Part shown: one piece after another, positions 8,120 to 16,790 of the stretch
Numbering within the stretch: position 1 is the stretch's first letter
Layout of the letters: each line of letters begins with the position of its first letter
Assembly (NCBI RefSeq): GCF_016127575.1
Contig: NZ_CP066018.1
Location: 2,310,001 to 2,342,000 of the forward strand
Source: Cupriavidus necator
GTDB taxonomy: Bacteria; Pseudomonadota; Gammaproteobacteria; Burkholderiales; Burkholderiaceae
DNA length: 32,000 nt
Reading direction: 5' to 3'
Notes under the pieces: model-generated
The model's database searches: none
What the model was told of the DNA's origin: nothing
What the model saw: the letters and a program-made list of their open reading frames with translations, nothing else
Program-made: the position numbers and the translations under genes

Positions 8120-8893
8120 ATGTCTGTTGCCTATACGGTTTCCGGTCTGTTTGTAGGCGTCCTCGTCGGTCTGACCGGGGTGGGTGGGGGCTCGTTGATG
8201 ACGCCGCTGCTGACGTTGCTGTTCGGCTTTTCGCCGGCCACCGCGGTTGGCACCGACCTGGCCTTCGCCGCCATCACCAAGGGCTTCGGCACCATCGCGC
8301 ACCGTGCCCACGGCCATGTGCAGTGGCAGGTGGTGCGGCGCCTGTGCATCGGCAGCCTGCCGGCGGCTGTGGCCGCCATCCTGGTGCTGAAGAGCGCCGG
8401 CGAGCTCAACGCCCAGTGGCTGCACGCGATCCGCCTGACCATCGGCGTGTCGGTGCTGCTGACCGTATTGTCGCTGCTGTTCCGCAAGCAGATGCTGGCC
8501 TGGCTGGAACGCAATCCGCGCTTCCAGCTGCACGGCCGCGCCCAGGTCATTGCCACCATCGTGGTCGGCGCCGTGATCGGCGTGCTGGTGACGGTGTCGT
8601 CGATCGGCGCCGGCGCGGTTGGCGCCACGCTGATCCTGCTGCTGTATCCCCATATGAAGCCGGCTGAAGTGGCCGGCACCGACATTGCCTACGCCGTCCC
8701 GCTGACGGCGCTTGCCGGGCTGGGCCATGTATGGCTCGGCACGGTCGACTGGAATTTGCTGCTGGCGCTGCTGGTGGGTTCGATCCCCGGCATCTGGCTG
8801 GGCGCGCAACTGTCGCGGGCGCTGCCCGAACGGCTGGTGCGTGCCGCACTGGCGACCACGCTGACGCTGGTCGCCATCAAGCTCGTTTCCTGA
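8120..8893 (+). CDS. TauE/SafE (DUF81, TSUP) family anion permease, 257 aa
   Basis: Polytopic membrane protein with the family's duplicated G-rich helices (LVGLTGVGGGSLMTPLL ... VSSIGAGAVGATLILLL). Start set at MSVAYT (8120) because the track start at 8039 adds a non-hydrophobic leader inside the AT-rich promoter region. Confidence 0.8.
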   Translation: MSVAYTVSGLFVGVLVGLTGVGGGSLMTPLLTLLFGFSPATAVGTDLAFAAITKGFGTIAHRAHGHVQWQVVRRLCIGSLPAAVAAILVLKSAGELNAQWLHAIRLTIGVSVLLTVLSLLFRKQMLAWLERNPRFQLHGRAQVIATIVVGAVIGVLVTVSSIGAGAVGATLILLLYPHMKPAEVAGTDIAYAVPLTALAGLGHVWLGTVDWNLLLALLVGSIPGIWLGAQLSRALPERLVRAALATTLTLVAIKLVS

Positions 8894-8921
8894 ATTCAAC
8901 GAATACTGAACGGACCCCGCC

Positions 8922-10604
8922 ATGTATCAGTACGACCAATATGACCAGCGCATCGTCGCCGAGCGCGTCGCCCAGTTCCGTGACCAGGTGCGCCGCCGCC
9001 TGTCCGACGAGCTGACCGAGGAAGAATTCCTGCCGCTGCGCCTGCAGAACGGCCTGTACATGCAGCGCCATGCCTACATGCTGCGCGTGGCGATTCCGTA
9101 CGGCCTGCTGTCGTCGAAGCAGATGCGCAAGCTGGGCCATATCGCGCGCGAGTACGACCGCGGCTATGGCCACTTCTCCACGCGCCAGAACATCCAGTAC
9201 AACTGGATGGAGCTGGAGCGCGTGCCCGACGTGCTGGCCGAGCTGGCCAGCGTCGAGATGCACGCCATCCAGACCTCGGGCAACTGCGTGCGCAACATCA
9301 CCACCGACCACTTCGCCGGCGTCGCGCCGGACGAGTCGGTGGACCCGCGCGTGCTGGCCGAGCTGCTGCGCCAGTGGAGCACCTTCCAGCCGGAGTTCGC
9401 CTTCCTGCCGCGCAAGTTCAAGATCGCCATCTCGGCCTCGGCCAATGACCGCGCCGTGGTGCAGATGCACGATATCGGCATCTACGCCTACAAGAACGCC
9501 GAAGGCGAAACGCGCCTGCGCATCCTGGCCGGCGGCGGCCTGGGCCGCACGCCGATCCTGGGCACGATCATCAAGGACGACCTGCCGTGGCAGCACATGC
9601 TGTCCTACGTCGAGTCGGCCATCCGCGTGTACAACCGCTATGGCCGCCGCGACAACAAGTACAAGGCGCGCATCAAGATCCTGGTGAAGGCCATCGGCGC
9701 AGAGAAGTTCGCGCAGGAAGTCGAGGAAGAGTGGCAGCACAGCAAGGACGGCCCGGCCACGCTGACGCAGGCCGAGTTCGACCGCGTGGCGCAGTATTTC
9801 ACGCCGCCCGCCTATGAAAAGCTGGCCGACACCGATGCTTCGTACGAGAACCACCTGCTGGAAGACAAGGCCTTTGCGCGCTGGGTCAGTCGCAACGTGC
9901 ACGGCCACAAGGTGCCGGGCTACGCCGCGGTGACGCTGTCGACCAAGCCGGGCGTGGCCTCGCCCCCGGGGGACGCCACCGACGCGCAGATCGAAGCCGT
10001 GGCCGACCTGGCTGACCAGTTCGGCTTCGGCGAGCTGCGCGTCGCGCACGAGCAGAACCTGATCCTGCCGGACGTGAAGAAGCAGGACCTGTACGCGCTC
10101 TGGCAACTGGCCAGGAAGGCCGGCCTGGCTACCCCGAACATCGGCCTGCTGACCGACATCATCGCCTGCCCGGGCGGCGATTTCTGCTCGCTGGCCAACG
10201 CCAAGTCGATCCCCATCGCGCAGGCGATCCAGGACCGCTTCGACGACCTCGACTACGTCTATGACCTGGGCGAGATCTCGCTGAACATCTCGGGCTGCAT
10301 CAACGCCTGCGGCCACCACCACGTCGGCAATATCGGCGTGCTGGGCGTCGACAAGGACGGTTCGGAGTGGTACCAGGTCACGCTGGGCGGCGCCCAGGGC
10401 AACCAGACCGCGCTGGGCAAGGTGATCGGCCCGTCGTTCAGCGCCGAGGAAATGCCCGAGGTGGTGACCCGCATCATCGACACCTTCGTTGCCAACCGCA
10501 TCGAGGACGAACGCTTTATCGAAACCCTGTCCCGCATCGGCATCGCCCCGTTCAAGGAGCGCGTTTATGCCGACAAGCAGCCGCGCGAGCGCGCTGAAGC
10601 CTGA
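8922..10604 (+). CDS. cysI: Assimilatory sulfite reductase hemoprotein (nitrite/sulfite reductase, siroheme-4Fe4S), 560 aa
   Basis: Two NIR_SIR repeats and the cluster/siroheme cysteines (TSGNCVRNITTD; ACPGGDFCSLA...SGCINACGHHH). Sits in a cys operon context. Confidence 0.9.
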   Translation: MYQYDQYDQRIVAERVAQFRDQVRRRLSDELTEEEFLPLRLQNGLYMQRHAYMLRVAIPYGLLSSKQMRKLGHIAREYDRGYGHFSTRQNIQYNWMELERVPDVLAELASVEMHAIQTSGNCVRNITTDHFAGVAPDESVDPRVLAELLRQWSTFQPEFAFLPRKFKIAISASANDRAVVQMHDIGIYAYKNAEGETRLRILAGGGLGRTPILGTIIKDDLPWQHMLSYVESAIRVYNRYGRRDNKYKARIKILVKAIGAEKFAQEVEEEWQHSKDGPATLTQAEFDRVAQYFTPPAYEKLADTDASYENHLLEDKAFARWVSRNVHGHKVPGYAAVTLSTKPGVASPPGDATDAQIEAVADLADQFGFGELRVAHEQNLILPDVKKQDLYALWQLARKAGLATPNIGLLTDIIACPGGDFCSLANAKSIPIAQAIQDRFDDLDYVYDLGEISLNISGCINACGHHHVGNIGVLGVDKDGSEWYQVTLGGAQGNQTALGKVIGPSFSAEEMPEVVTRIIDTFVANRIEDERFIETLSRIGIAPFKERVYADKQPRERAEA

Positions 10605-10620
10605 GGACCGGAGACTGAAC

Positions 10621-11202
10621 ATGGCAAAGATCATTCAACTGCAACAGGATGGCGCTACCGTCGCCCCCGTCATCGTCGATGACGGCTGGACCGTGCTGCG
10701 CGGCACCGCCGAGCAGCCGCTGACCGACGAGCAGATCGCAGCGGCCGTGCAAAGCCAGGACGCGGTGCTGTTCCCGCTGTCGGTGTTCAAGGCCAACGAA
10801 GCGCTGCTGGCCGGCCGCGACGCGGCCCGCACCGGCGTGTGGCTGGCCCCGGAAGACGAGCCGGGCGATGCCGAGGCGTATTTCGCGCGCGTGGCGCTGG
10901 TGGCGGTGGACTTCCCGGTGTTCCGCGACGGCCGCGGCTTTTCCACGGCCTACCTGCTGCGCACCCGCTACCACTGGAAGGGCCAGCTGCGCGCCATCGG
11001 CGACGTGCTGCGCGACCAGCTCAACTTCATGAAGCGCTGCGGCTTCGATGCCTTCGCGGTGCGCGCCGACAAGAACATCGAGGACGCCATCAAGGGCTTC
11101 ACCGAGTTCACCGTGACCTACCAGGCTTCGGTGGATGAGCCGCTGCCGCTGTTCCGCCGCGCGCGGGCAGAGGTTGGCGCGCAACCGAAGGAAACGGCAT
11201 GA
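10621..11202 (+). CDS. DUF934-family protein (uncharacterised partner of CysI), 193 aa
   Basis: Internal ATG of track ORF 10489..11202 (MAKIIQLQQDG...). The conserved block FPVFRDGRGFSTAYLLR is as I recall it for DUF934. Its stop overlaps the cysH start (ATGA at 11199-11202). Confidence 0.75.
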   Translation: MAKIIQLQQDGATVAPVIVDDGWTVLRGTAEQPLTDEQIAAAVQSQDAVLFPLSVFKANEALLAGRDAARTGVWLAPEDEPGDAEAYFARVALVAVDFPVFRDGRGFSTAYLLRTRYHWKGQLRAIGDVLRDQLNFMKRCGFDAFAVRADKNIEDAIKGFTEFTVTYQASVDEPLPLFRRARAEVGAQPKETA

Positions 11203-12002
11203 GCACGGTGCTGAGCGAAATCGCCGTGGTCGACGCCGGTGCGGCGTCGGCGATGCGTCCGCCTGCGCTGTGGGTTGCGCCGGAATACACCGGCAGCATT
11301 GCCGCGCTGGAGCAGAAGGAGCGCGAGCTGGGCGAGCGCCTGGCGGGCATCGCCGGCCGCTTCTTCCGCGCGCGCTTTGCCTCGAGCCTGGCGGCCGAGG
11401 ACATGGTGCTGACCGACGCGATCCTGCGCGGCACCGAAGCCGTGCGCGCCGGCATCCGCGTGTTCACGCTGCAGACCGGGCGCCTGCACGCCGAGACGCT
11501 GGCGGTGCTGGACAAGGTGCAGGCGCACTACGGCTACAGCATCGAGCAGTTCACGCCGGACGCCGAGGCCGTCGAGAACTACCTGAAGAAGCACGGGCTC
11601 AACGCCTTCTACGACAGCGTCGAGCTGCGCAAGGAATGCTGCGGCATCCGCAAGGTCGAGCCGCTCAACCGCGCGCTCTCGCACGCCGACGCCTGGCTGA
11701 CCGGCCAGCGCCGCGAGCAGGCGGTCACGCGCGCCGAGCTGCCGTTCGAGGAACAGGACGAAGCCCGCGGCATCCCCAAGTTCAATCCGCTGGCGGACTG
11801 GAGCGAGCCCGAAGTGTGGGCCTACCTGAAGCGCCACAACGTGCCCGTCAACGACCTGCATGCCAAGGGCTACCCCAGCATCGGCTGCGAGCCGTGTACG
11901 CGTGCCGTGCGCGCGGGCGAGGATGTGCGCGCGGGACGTTGGTGGTGGGAGAGCAAGGACTCGAAAGAGTGCGGGCTCCACGAACAGAACATCAAGCATT
12001 GA
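11199..12002 (+). CDS. cysH: Assimilatory adenylyl-sulfate (APS) reductase, Fe-S type CysH, 267 aa
   Basis: C-terminal catalytic ECGLH plus the CC...CxxC cluster cysteines (KECCGIRKVEP; SIGCEPCTR) that distinguish APS reductases from PAPS reductases. Confidence 0.88.
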   Translation: MSTVLSEIAVVDAGAASAMRPPALWVAPEYTGSIAALEQKERELGERLAGIAGRFFRARFASSLAAEDMVLTDAILRGTEAVRAGIRVFTLQTGRLHAETLAVLDKVQAHYGYSIEQFTPDAEAVENYLKKHGLNAFYDSVELRKECCGIRKVEPLNRALSHADAWLTGQRREQAVTRAELPFEEQDEARGIPKFNPLADWSEPEVWAYLKRHNVPVNDLHAKGYPSIGCEPCTRAVRAGEDVRAGRWWWESKDSKECGLHEQNIKH

Positions 12003-12013
12003 GGCCGGACAAA

Positions 12014-12979
12014 ATGGGCATCATGAACGACATCGCAGAAGCCACCAGCAGCGTGGCGCACCTGTTGCAAGTACAGAACGATCACCTCGACCGCCTCGAA
12101 GCGGAGTCGATCTACATCATCCGCGAGGTGGTGGCCGAGTGCCGCAACCCGGCGCTGCTGTTCTCGGGCGGCAAGGACTCGATCGTGATGCTGCACCTGG
12201 CGCTGAAGGCCTTCCGCCTGGGCGAGCGCAAGATCGAGCTGCCGTTCCCGCTGGTGCATATCGACACCGGCCACAACTATCCGGAAGTGATCGCCTTCCG
12301 CGACCAGCGCGTGGCTGAGCTGGGCGCGCGCCTGGTGGTGGGCCATGTCGAGGACTCGATCAAGCGCGGCACCGTGCGCCTGCGCAAGGAAACCGATTCG
12401 CGCAACGCGGCCCAGGCCGTGACGCTGCTGGAAACCATCGGCGAGCATCAGTTCGACGCGCTGATGGGCGGCGCCCGCCGCGACGAAGAGAAGGCCCGCG
12501 CCAAGGAGCGCATCTTCTCGTTCCGCGACGAGTTCGGCCAGTGGGACCCCAAGGCCCAGCGCCCCGAGCTGTGGAGCCTGTACAACGCACGCATGGCGCA
12601 GGGCGAGCAGATGCGCGTGTTCCCGATCTCGAACTGGACCGAGCTGGACGTGTGGCAGTACATCGCCCGCGAGAAGCTGGCGCTGCCGCCGATCTACTAT
12701 TCGCACCAGCGCGAAGTGGTGCGCAAGAACGGCCTGCTGGTGCCGGTCACGCCGATCACGCCCAAGCAGGACGGCGACGTCAGCGAAGTGTTGTCGGTGC
12801 GCTTCCGTACCGTCGGCGACATCAGCTGCACCTGCCCGGTGGCCAGCGTTGCCGATTCGCCGGAAGCGATCATCGCCGAGACCGCGGTGACCGAGATCAC
12901 CGAGCGCGGCGCTACCCGCATGGACGACCAGACGAGCGAAGCCTCGATGGAACGCCGCAAGAAGGAAGGCTACTTCTAA
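12014..12979 (+). CDS. cysD: Sulfate adenylyltransferase subunit 2, 321 aa
   Basis: LEAESIYIIREVVAECRNPALLFSGGKDSIVMLHLA (PP-loop SGGKDS) and a C-terminal KKEGYF. The start is an internal ATG of the long track ORF 11135..12979. Confidence 0.92.
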   Translation: MGIMNDIAEATSSVAHLLQVQNDHLDRLEAESIYIIREVVAECRNPALLFSGGKDSIVMLHLALKAFRLGERKIELPFPLVHIDTGHNYPEVIAFRDQRVAELGARLVVGHVEDSIKRGTVRLRKETDSRNAAQAVTLLETIGEHQFDALMGGARRDEEKARAKERIFSFRDEFGQWDPKAQRPELWSLYNARMAQGEQMRVFPISNWTELDVWQYIAREKLALPPIYYSHQREVVRKNGLLVPVTPITPKQDGDVSEVLSVRFRTVGDISCTCPVASVADSPEAIIAETAVTEITERGATRMDDQTSEASMERRKKEGYF

Positions 12980-13004
12980 GCCGCACGCAGCAAAGGATCC
13001 AGAC

Positions 13005-14309
13005 ATGACTCACCAAGCAACCCATCAAGGCCTGCTGCGCTTCATCACCGCCGGCTCCGTCGACGACGGCAAGAGCACGCTGATCGGCCGCCTGCTGTAC
13101 GACAGCAAAGCCGTGCTGTCCGACCAGCTGACCGCGCTGGCCAACGCCAAGAACAAGCGCACCGCCGGCGAGCAGATCGACTTCTCGCTGCTGACCGACG
13201 GCCTCGAGGCCGAGCGCGAGCAGGGCATCACCATCGACGTGGCCTACCGCTACTTCTCGACCGCGCGCCGCAAGTTCATCATCGCGGATACCCCGGGCCA
13301 CGAGCAGTACACCCGCAACATGGTCACCGGCGCCTCGACCGCGGACGCGGCCATCGTGCTGGTCGATGCCACCCGCGTCACCGTCACCGACGGCCGTGCC
13401 GAGCTGCTGGCGCAGACCAAGCGCCACTCGGCGATCCTGAAGCTGCTGGAGATCCGGCACGTGATCGTTGCCGTCAACAAGATGGACCTGGTCGACTACA
13501 GCGAACAGCGCTTCAACGAGATCCGCACCGCCTACACCGAACTGGCCGAGCAGCTGGGCCTCAAGGACGTGCGCTACGTGCCGGTGTCGGCGCTGCGCGG
13601 CGACAACATCGTGCATGAGAGCGATGCCATGGCCTGGTACCAGGGCGAGCCGCTGCTGCCGCTGCTGGAAGAACTGCCGGTGGAAGAGGCCGCACCCGAG
13701 GATGACGCCGCGCTGCGCTTCCCGGTGCAGCTGGTGATCCGCCAGGACGGTTCGCAGTCGGACGACTTCCGCGGCTATGCCGGCCGCATCGAAGCCGGCA
13801 CCGTGCGCGTGGGCCAGAAGCTGCGCGTGCTGCCGGCCAACCGCGAAGCCGTGGTGGCTGAAGTGCTGACGCCCAATGGTGCCGCTGAATCGGCCAACGT
13901 CGGCGATACCGTCACGGTGCGCCTGGCCGAGGACGTCGATGTATCACGCGGTGATATGTTCGTTGCCGCCGATGCGACCACGGCTTCGGCAAAGAAGCTG
14001 CAGGCCGACCTGTGCTGGTTCGACGACGAATCGCTGAACCCGGCGCGCAAGTACGTGCTCAAGCACACCACGGCCAGCGTGTTCGCGCGCGTGTCGGCGG
14101 TGGACCGCGTGCTGGACGTGCATACGCTGTCGCACGAGACCGGTCGCCACGATATCCGCCTGAACGACATCGGTTCGGTGCAGATCTCGCTGCAGAAGCC
14201 GATCGTGTGCGATGCCTACGGCGACAACCCGGCAACGGGCGCCTTCGTGCTGATCGACGAAGCGACCAACCACACGGTGGCCGCAGGCATGATCCGTGCG
14301 TTCTCCTGA
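13005..14309 (+). CDS. cysN: Sulfate adenylyltransferase subunit 1 (GTPase), 434 aa, with no fused APS-kinase domain
   Basis: GTPase motifs GSVDDGKST, DTPGHEQY and NKMD. The length leaves no room for a CysC domain. Confidence 0.92.
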   Translation: MTHQATHQGLLRFITAGSVDDGKSTLIGRLLYDSKAVLSDQLTALANAKNKRTAGEQIDFSLLTDGLEAEREQGITIDVAYRYFSTARRKFIIADTPGHEQYTRNMVTGASTADAAIVLVDATRVTVTDGRAELLAQTKRHSAILKLLEIRHVIVAVNKMDLVDYSEQRFNEIRTAYTELAEQLGLKDVRYVPVSALRGDNIVHESDAMAWYQGEPLLPLLEELPVEEAAPEDDAALRFPVQLVIRQDGSQSDDFRGYAGRIEAGTVRVGQKLRVLPANREAVVAEVLTPNGAAESANVGDTVTVRLAEDVDVSRGDMFVAADATTASAKKLQADLCWFDDESLNPARKYVLKHTTASVFARVSAVDRVLDVHTLSHETGRHDIRLNDIGSVQISLQKPIVCDAYGDNPATGAFVLIDEATNHTVAAGMIRAFS

Positions 14310-14336
14310 TCGGTAACGGCAGGAAAGGGGCAGCAG

Positions 14337-15137
14337 ATGGACAAGCAGGCGCAGAAGACTTACGGCAAGGTGTTCCTCATCGGGGCAGGCCCCGGTGCGG
14401 CAGACCTCATTACGGTGCGCGGTGCACGGCTTTTGGGCGAAGCCCAGGTGGTGCTGCATGATGCACTGGTAGCGCCGGAGATGCTGGCCTGGTGTCCGCA
14501 GGCCGAGCTGGTCGAGGTGGGCAAGCGCTGCGGGCAGCGCTCCACCGCGCAGCTGTTCATCAACCGCCAGATCGTCGACCTGGCCGGCAAGTACGAGCGC
14601 GTGGTGCGCCTGAAGGGCGGCGACCCGATGCTGTTCGGCCGTGCCGACGAGGAGCTGCAGGCGCTGGAAGCCGCTGGCATCGAGTATGAAGTGGTGCCGG
14701 GCATCACTGCGGCGCTGGCGGCTGCTTCGGCGATCGGCAAGCCGCTGACCAAGCGCGGTGTGTCGCGCAGCGTGGCGTTTGCCACGCAGGCGAAGGCTGC
14801 GGATGGCGAGGGCTCGGCCGATATCGAAGCGGCGGTCAAGGCCGATACGCTGGTCTACTACATGGGCCGCGACCAGGCGGCGTCGATTGCCGCGCAGCTG
14901 ATCGCGCATGGCAAGCCGGCGTCGACGCCGGCGTGGGTGGTGGAAGCCGCCAGCACGCCGCGGCAGCGTAGCCGTGAATTCACGCTGGGCCGAATGGCAG
15001 CAGGCGAGGCCGCTGCCTGGATCGATCCGGTGCAGCCGAGCCTGCTGATGATCGGGGCGGCGCTGGCTGCGCGGGCTACCGAAACGCCGCGCGAAGGCGT
15101 GGGTGAAACCGTCGTGCAGACGCCGCGCGCTGCCTGA
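14337..15137 (+). CDS. cobA: Uroporphyrinogen-III C-methyltransferase (SUMT; first step to siroheme), 266 aa
   Basis: VFLIGAGPGAADLITVRGARLL...VVRLKGGDPMLFGR is the tetrapyrrole methylase signature. It is the last gene of the cys operon. Confidence 0.88.
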   Translation: MDKQAQKTYGKVFLIGAGPGAADLITVRGARLLGEAQVVLHDALVAPEMLAWCPQAELVEVGKRCGQRSTAQLFINRQIVDLAGKYERVVRLKGGDPMLFGRADEELQALEAAGIEYEVVPGITAALAAASAIGKPLTKRGVSRSVAFATQAKAADGEGSADIEAAVKADTLVYYMGRDQAASIAAQLIAHGKPASTPAWVVEAASTPRQRSREFTLGRMAAGEAAAWIDPVQPSLLMIGAALAARATETPREGVGETVVQTPRAA

Positions 15138-15155
15138 GCGCGCTGCGCGCCACTA

Positions 15156-15195
15156 GAAAAAAGCCCTGTACCGGCATGCCGGCACAGGGCTTTTT
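15156..15195. terminator. Bidirectional rho-independent terminator between cobA (+) and cbiX (-)
   Basis: A6 tract, stem GCCCTGT(15162-15168)/ACAGGGC(15183-15189) with an inner CCGG-CATG-CCGG extension, then a T6 tract (15190-15195). Confidence 0.85.
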
Positions 15196-15217
15196 TCATC
15201 GGGGACCACATTTCTGC

Positions 15218-15610
15218 TCAGGGCTGGCCGCTTGCGGGCATTGAGGCAACGCAGTATGCGGCCATTGCATCCAGCACCGCATCGGCCTCGCCTGCCGCCG
15301 TCGCGCAATGGATGCGCAGCCCGGGATGCGCTTGCCGGCATTGGTCGAGCAAGGCTGGCAGGTCGCGCCGCAGGTGGCCGCCCTGGCCCAGGAACACCGG
15401 CACCACGGTGGCGTCGGACACGCCGCGCGCTGCCAGGTCGGCGAGCGCGTCGGGCAGAGCGGGCGTCATCAGCTCCAGGAACGCCAGCTGCACCTCGCAC
15501 CCGGGCAGGGCAGCGGCCACCTTCTGCTGCAGGCGGTCGAACGGCTCGCGCCAGCGCGCGTCGCGCGCGCCATGCGCAAACAGGACCAGGGCCCGGGTGG
15601 GTGCGGTCAT
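15218..15610 (-). CDS. cbiX: Small CbiX-type sirohydrochlorin chelatase (probable siroheme ferrochelatase), 130 aa
   Basis: LVLFAHGARDARW...VVPVFLGQGGHLRRDLP matches the short single-domain CbiX pattern with its catalytic His residues. Confidence 0.7.
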   Translation of the reverse strand: MTAPTRALVLFAHGARDARWREPFDRLQQKVAAALPGCEVQLAFLELMTPALPDALADLAARGVSDATVVPVFLGQGGHLRRDLPALLDQCRQAHPGLRIHCATAAGEADAVLDAMAAYCVASMPASGQP

Positions 15611-15623
15611 GGCAGCCCGCCCC

Positions 15624-16790
15624 TCAGTGCCGGTCCACCCAGCGCAGCGCCAGCAGCGCCACCATCAGGTAGAGCGTACCTGGCACCAGTGCCGAGATGA
15701 TCGGCGGCCAGGTATGCAGCAGGCCGACGTGCGAGAACAGCGTGTTCGACAAGTGGAACGACAACCCCAGCATGATGCCCCCGAACACTTTCACGCCGAC
15801 GGCGCCGGCACGGGCGTGCAGGTAGGCGAAGGGCAGGGCCAGCGCCATCATCACGAACAGCGTCAGCGGGTAGATCACCTTCTTCCAGAAGGCGATCTCA
15901 TAGCGCTGCGTGTCCTGCTTGTTGTCGCGCAGGTGGCGGATATAGCGGAACAGGTCCAGCGTCGACATCCGCTCAGGCGTCACCAGCAGCACTGACAGGA
16001 TTTGCGGCGTCAGCTCGGAATGCATGGTCACGCGCGGGAACTTGACTTGCTCGGCGCGGAAATCCGGGGCCAGCGAATCGCGTGCCGGCTTCGCGCCCTG
16101 GGCCGGGGACGCCAGTTCGATGAAGCGGGTCTCGTTGACGCCCTGCAGCTCCCACAACTGGCCACCCTGGTAGCGCCCCTCCTGCGCCACGCGGATCATG
16201 CGCAGGCGGTATTGCGGGTCGAACTCATACATGGTGATGCCGGTGATGGTCTGGTCCGGCCGCAACCCCGCCACGTTGACGAAGCGGGTGATCTCGCCGC
16301 CGCCGGTGGCGGCATCCTTGTCGCGGTCCTTGACCCAGACGCCGGAACGGAAGCCCGACGACACGGTTGCGCCGATCGCCTCGAGCTTGATCTTCTGCGC
16401 GTACTGCTCGGCGCGGGGGGCGATGAACTCGCCGAAGATAAAGGTCACGATGGCCAGCGGCACCGCCAGCTTGAACAGCGAGAACAGCGCCTGGCGCGTG
16501 TTCAGGCCGGCCACGCGGAAGATGGTGTACTCGGACTGGCTGGCCAGCTGCGAGAACACATAGATCGCGCTGATCAGCACCGCGATCGGCAGCACCTCAT
16601 ACACCCGCGTGGGTGCCTGCAGCAGGACGTGGAACAGCGCCACCAGCGAGGTGTACTGGTTGTTGACATTCTCCAGCTCGTTGAGCATGTCAAAGAACAC
16701 GAACAGCGACAGCACCGCGAACAGGATGAAGGCGAACACGCCATAGACCAGCCGGCCGAAGTAGCGTTCATAGACGCGCAGGATCTTCAT
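15624..16790 (-). CDS. lptG: LPS export ABC permease LptG (YjgP/YjgQ family), 388 aa
   Basis: Six-TM permease with a large periplasmic insert. It is the second gene of the pair divergent from pepA, as in E. coli, and its start overlaps the lptF stop (ATGA at 16787-16790). Confidence 0.88.
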   Translation of the reverse strand: MKILRVYERYFGRLVYGVFAFILFAVLSLFVFFDMLNELENVNNQYTSLVALFHVLLQAPTRVYEVLPIAVLISAIYVFSQLASQSEYTIFRVAGLNTRQALFSLFKLAVPLAIVTFIFGEFIAPRAEQYAQKIKLEAIGATVSSGFRSGVWVKDRDKDAATGGGEITRFVNVAGLRPDQTITGITMYEFDPQYRLRMIRVAQEGRYQGGQLWELQGVNETRFIELASPAQGAKPARDSLAPDFRAEQVKFPRVTMHSELTPQILSVLLVTPERMSTLDLFRYIRHLRDNKQDTQRYEIAFWKKVIYPLTLFVMMALALPFAYLHARAGAVGVKVFGGIMLGLSFHLSNTLFSHVGLLHTWPPIISALVPGTLYLMVALLALRWVDRH

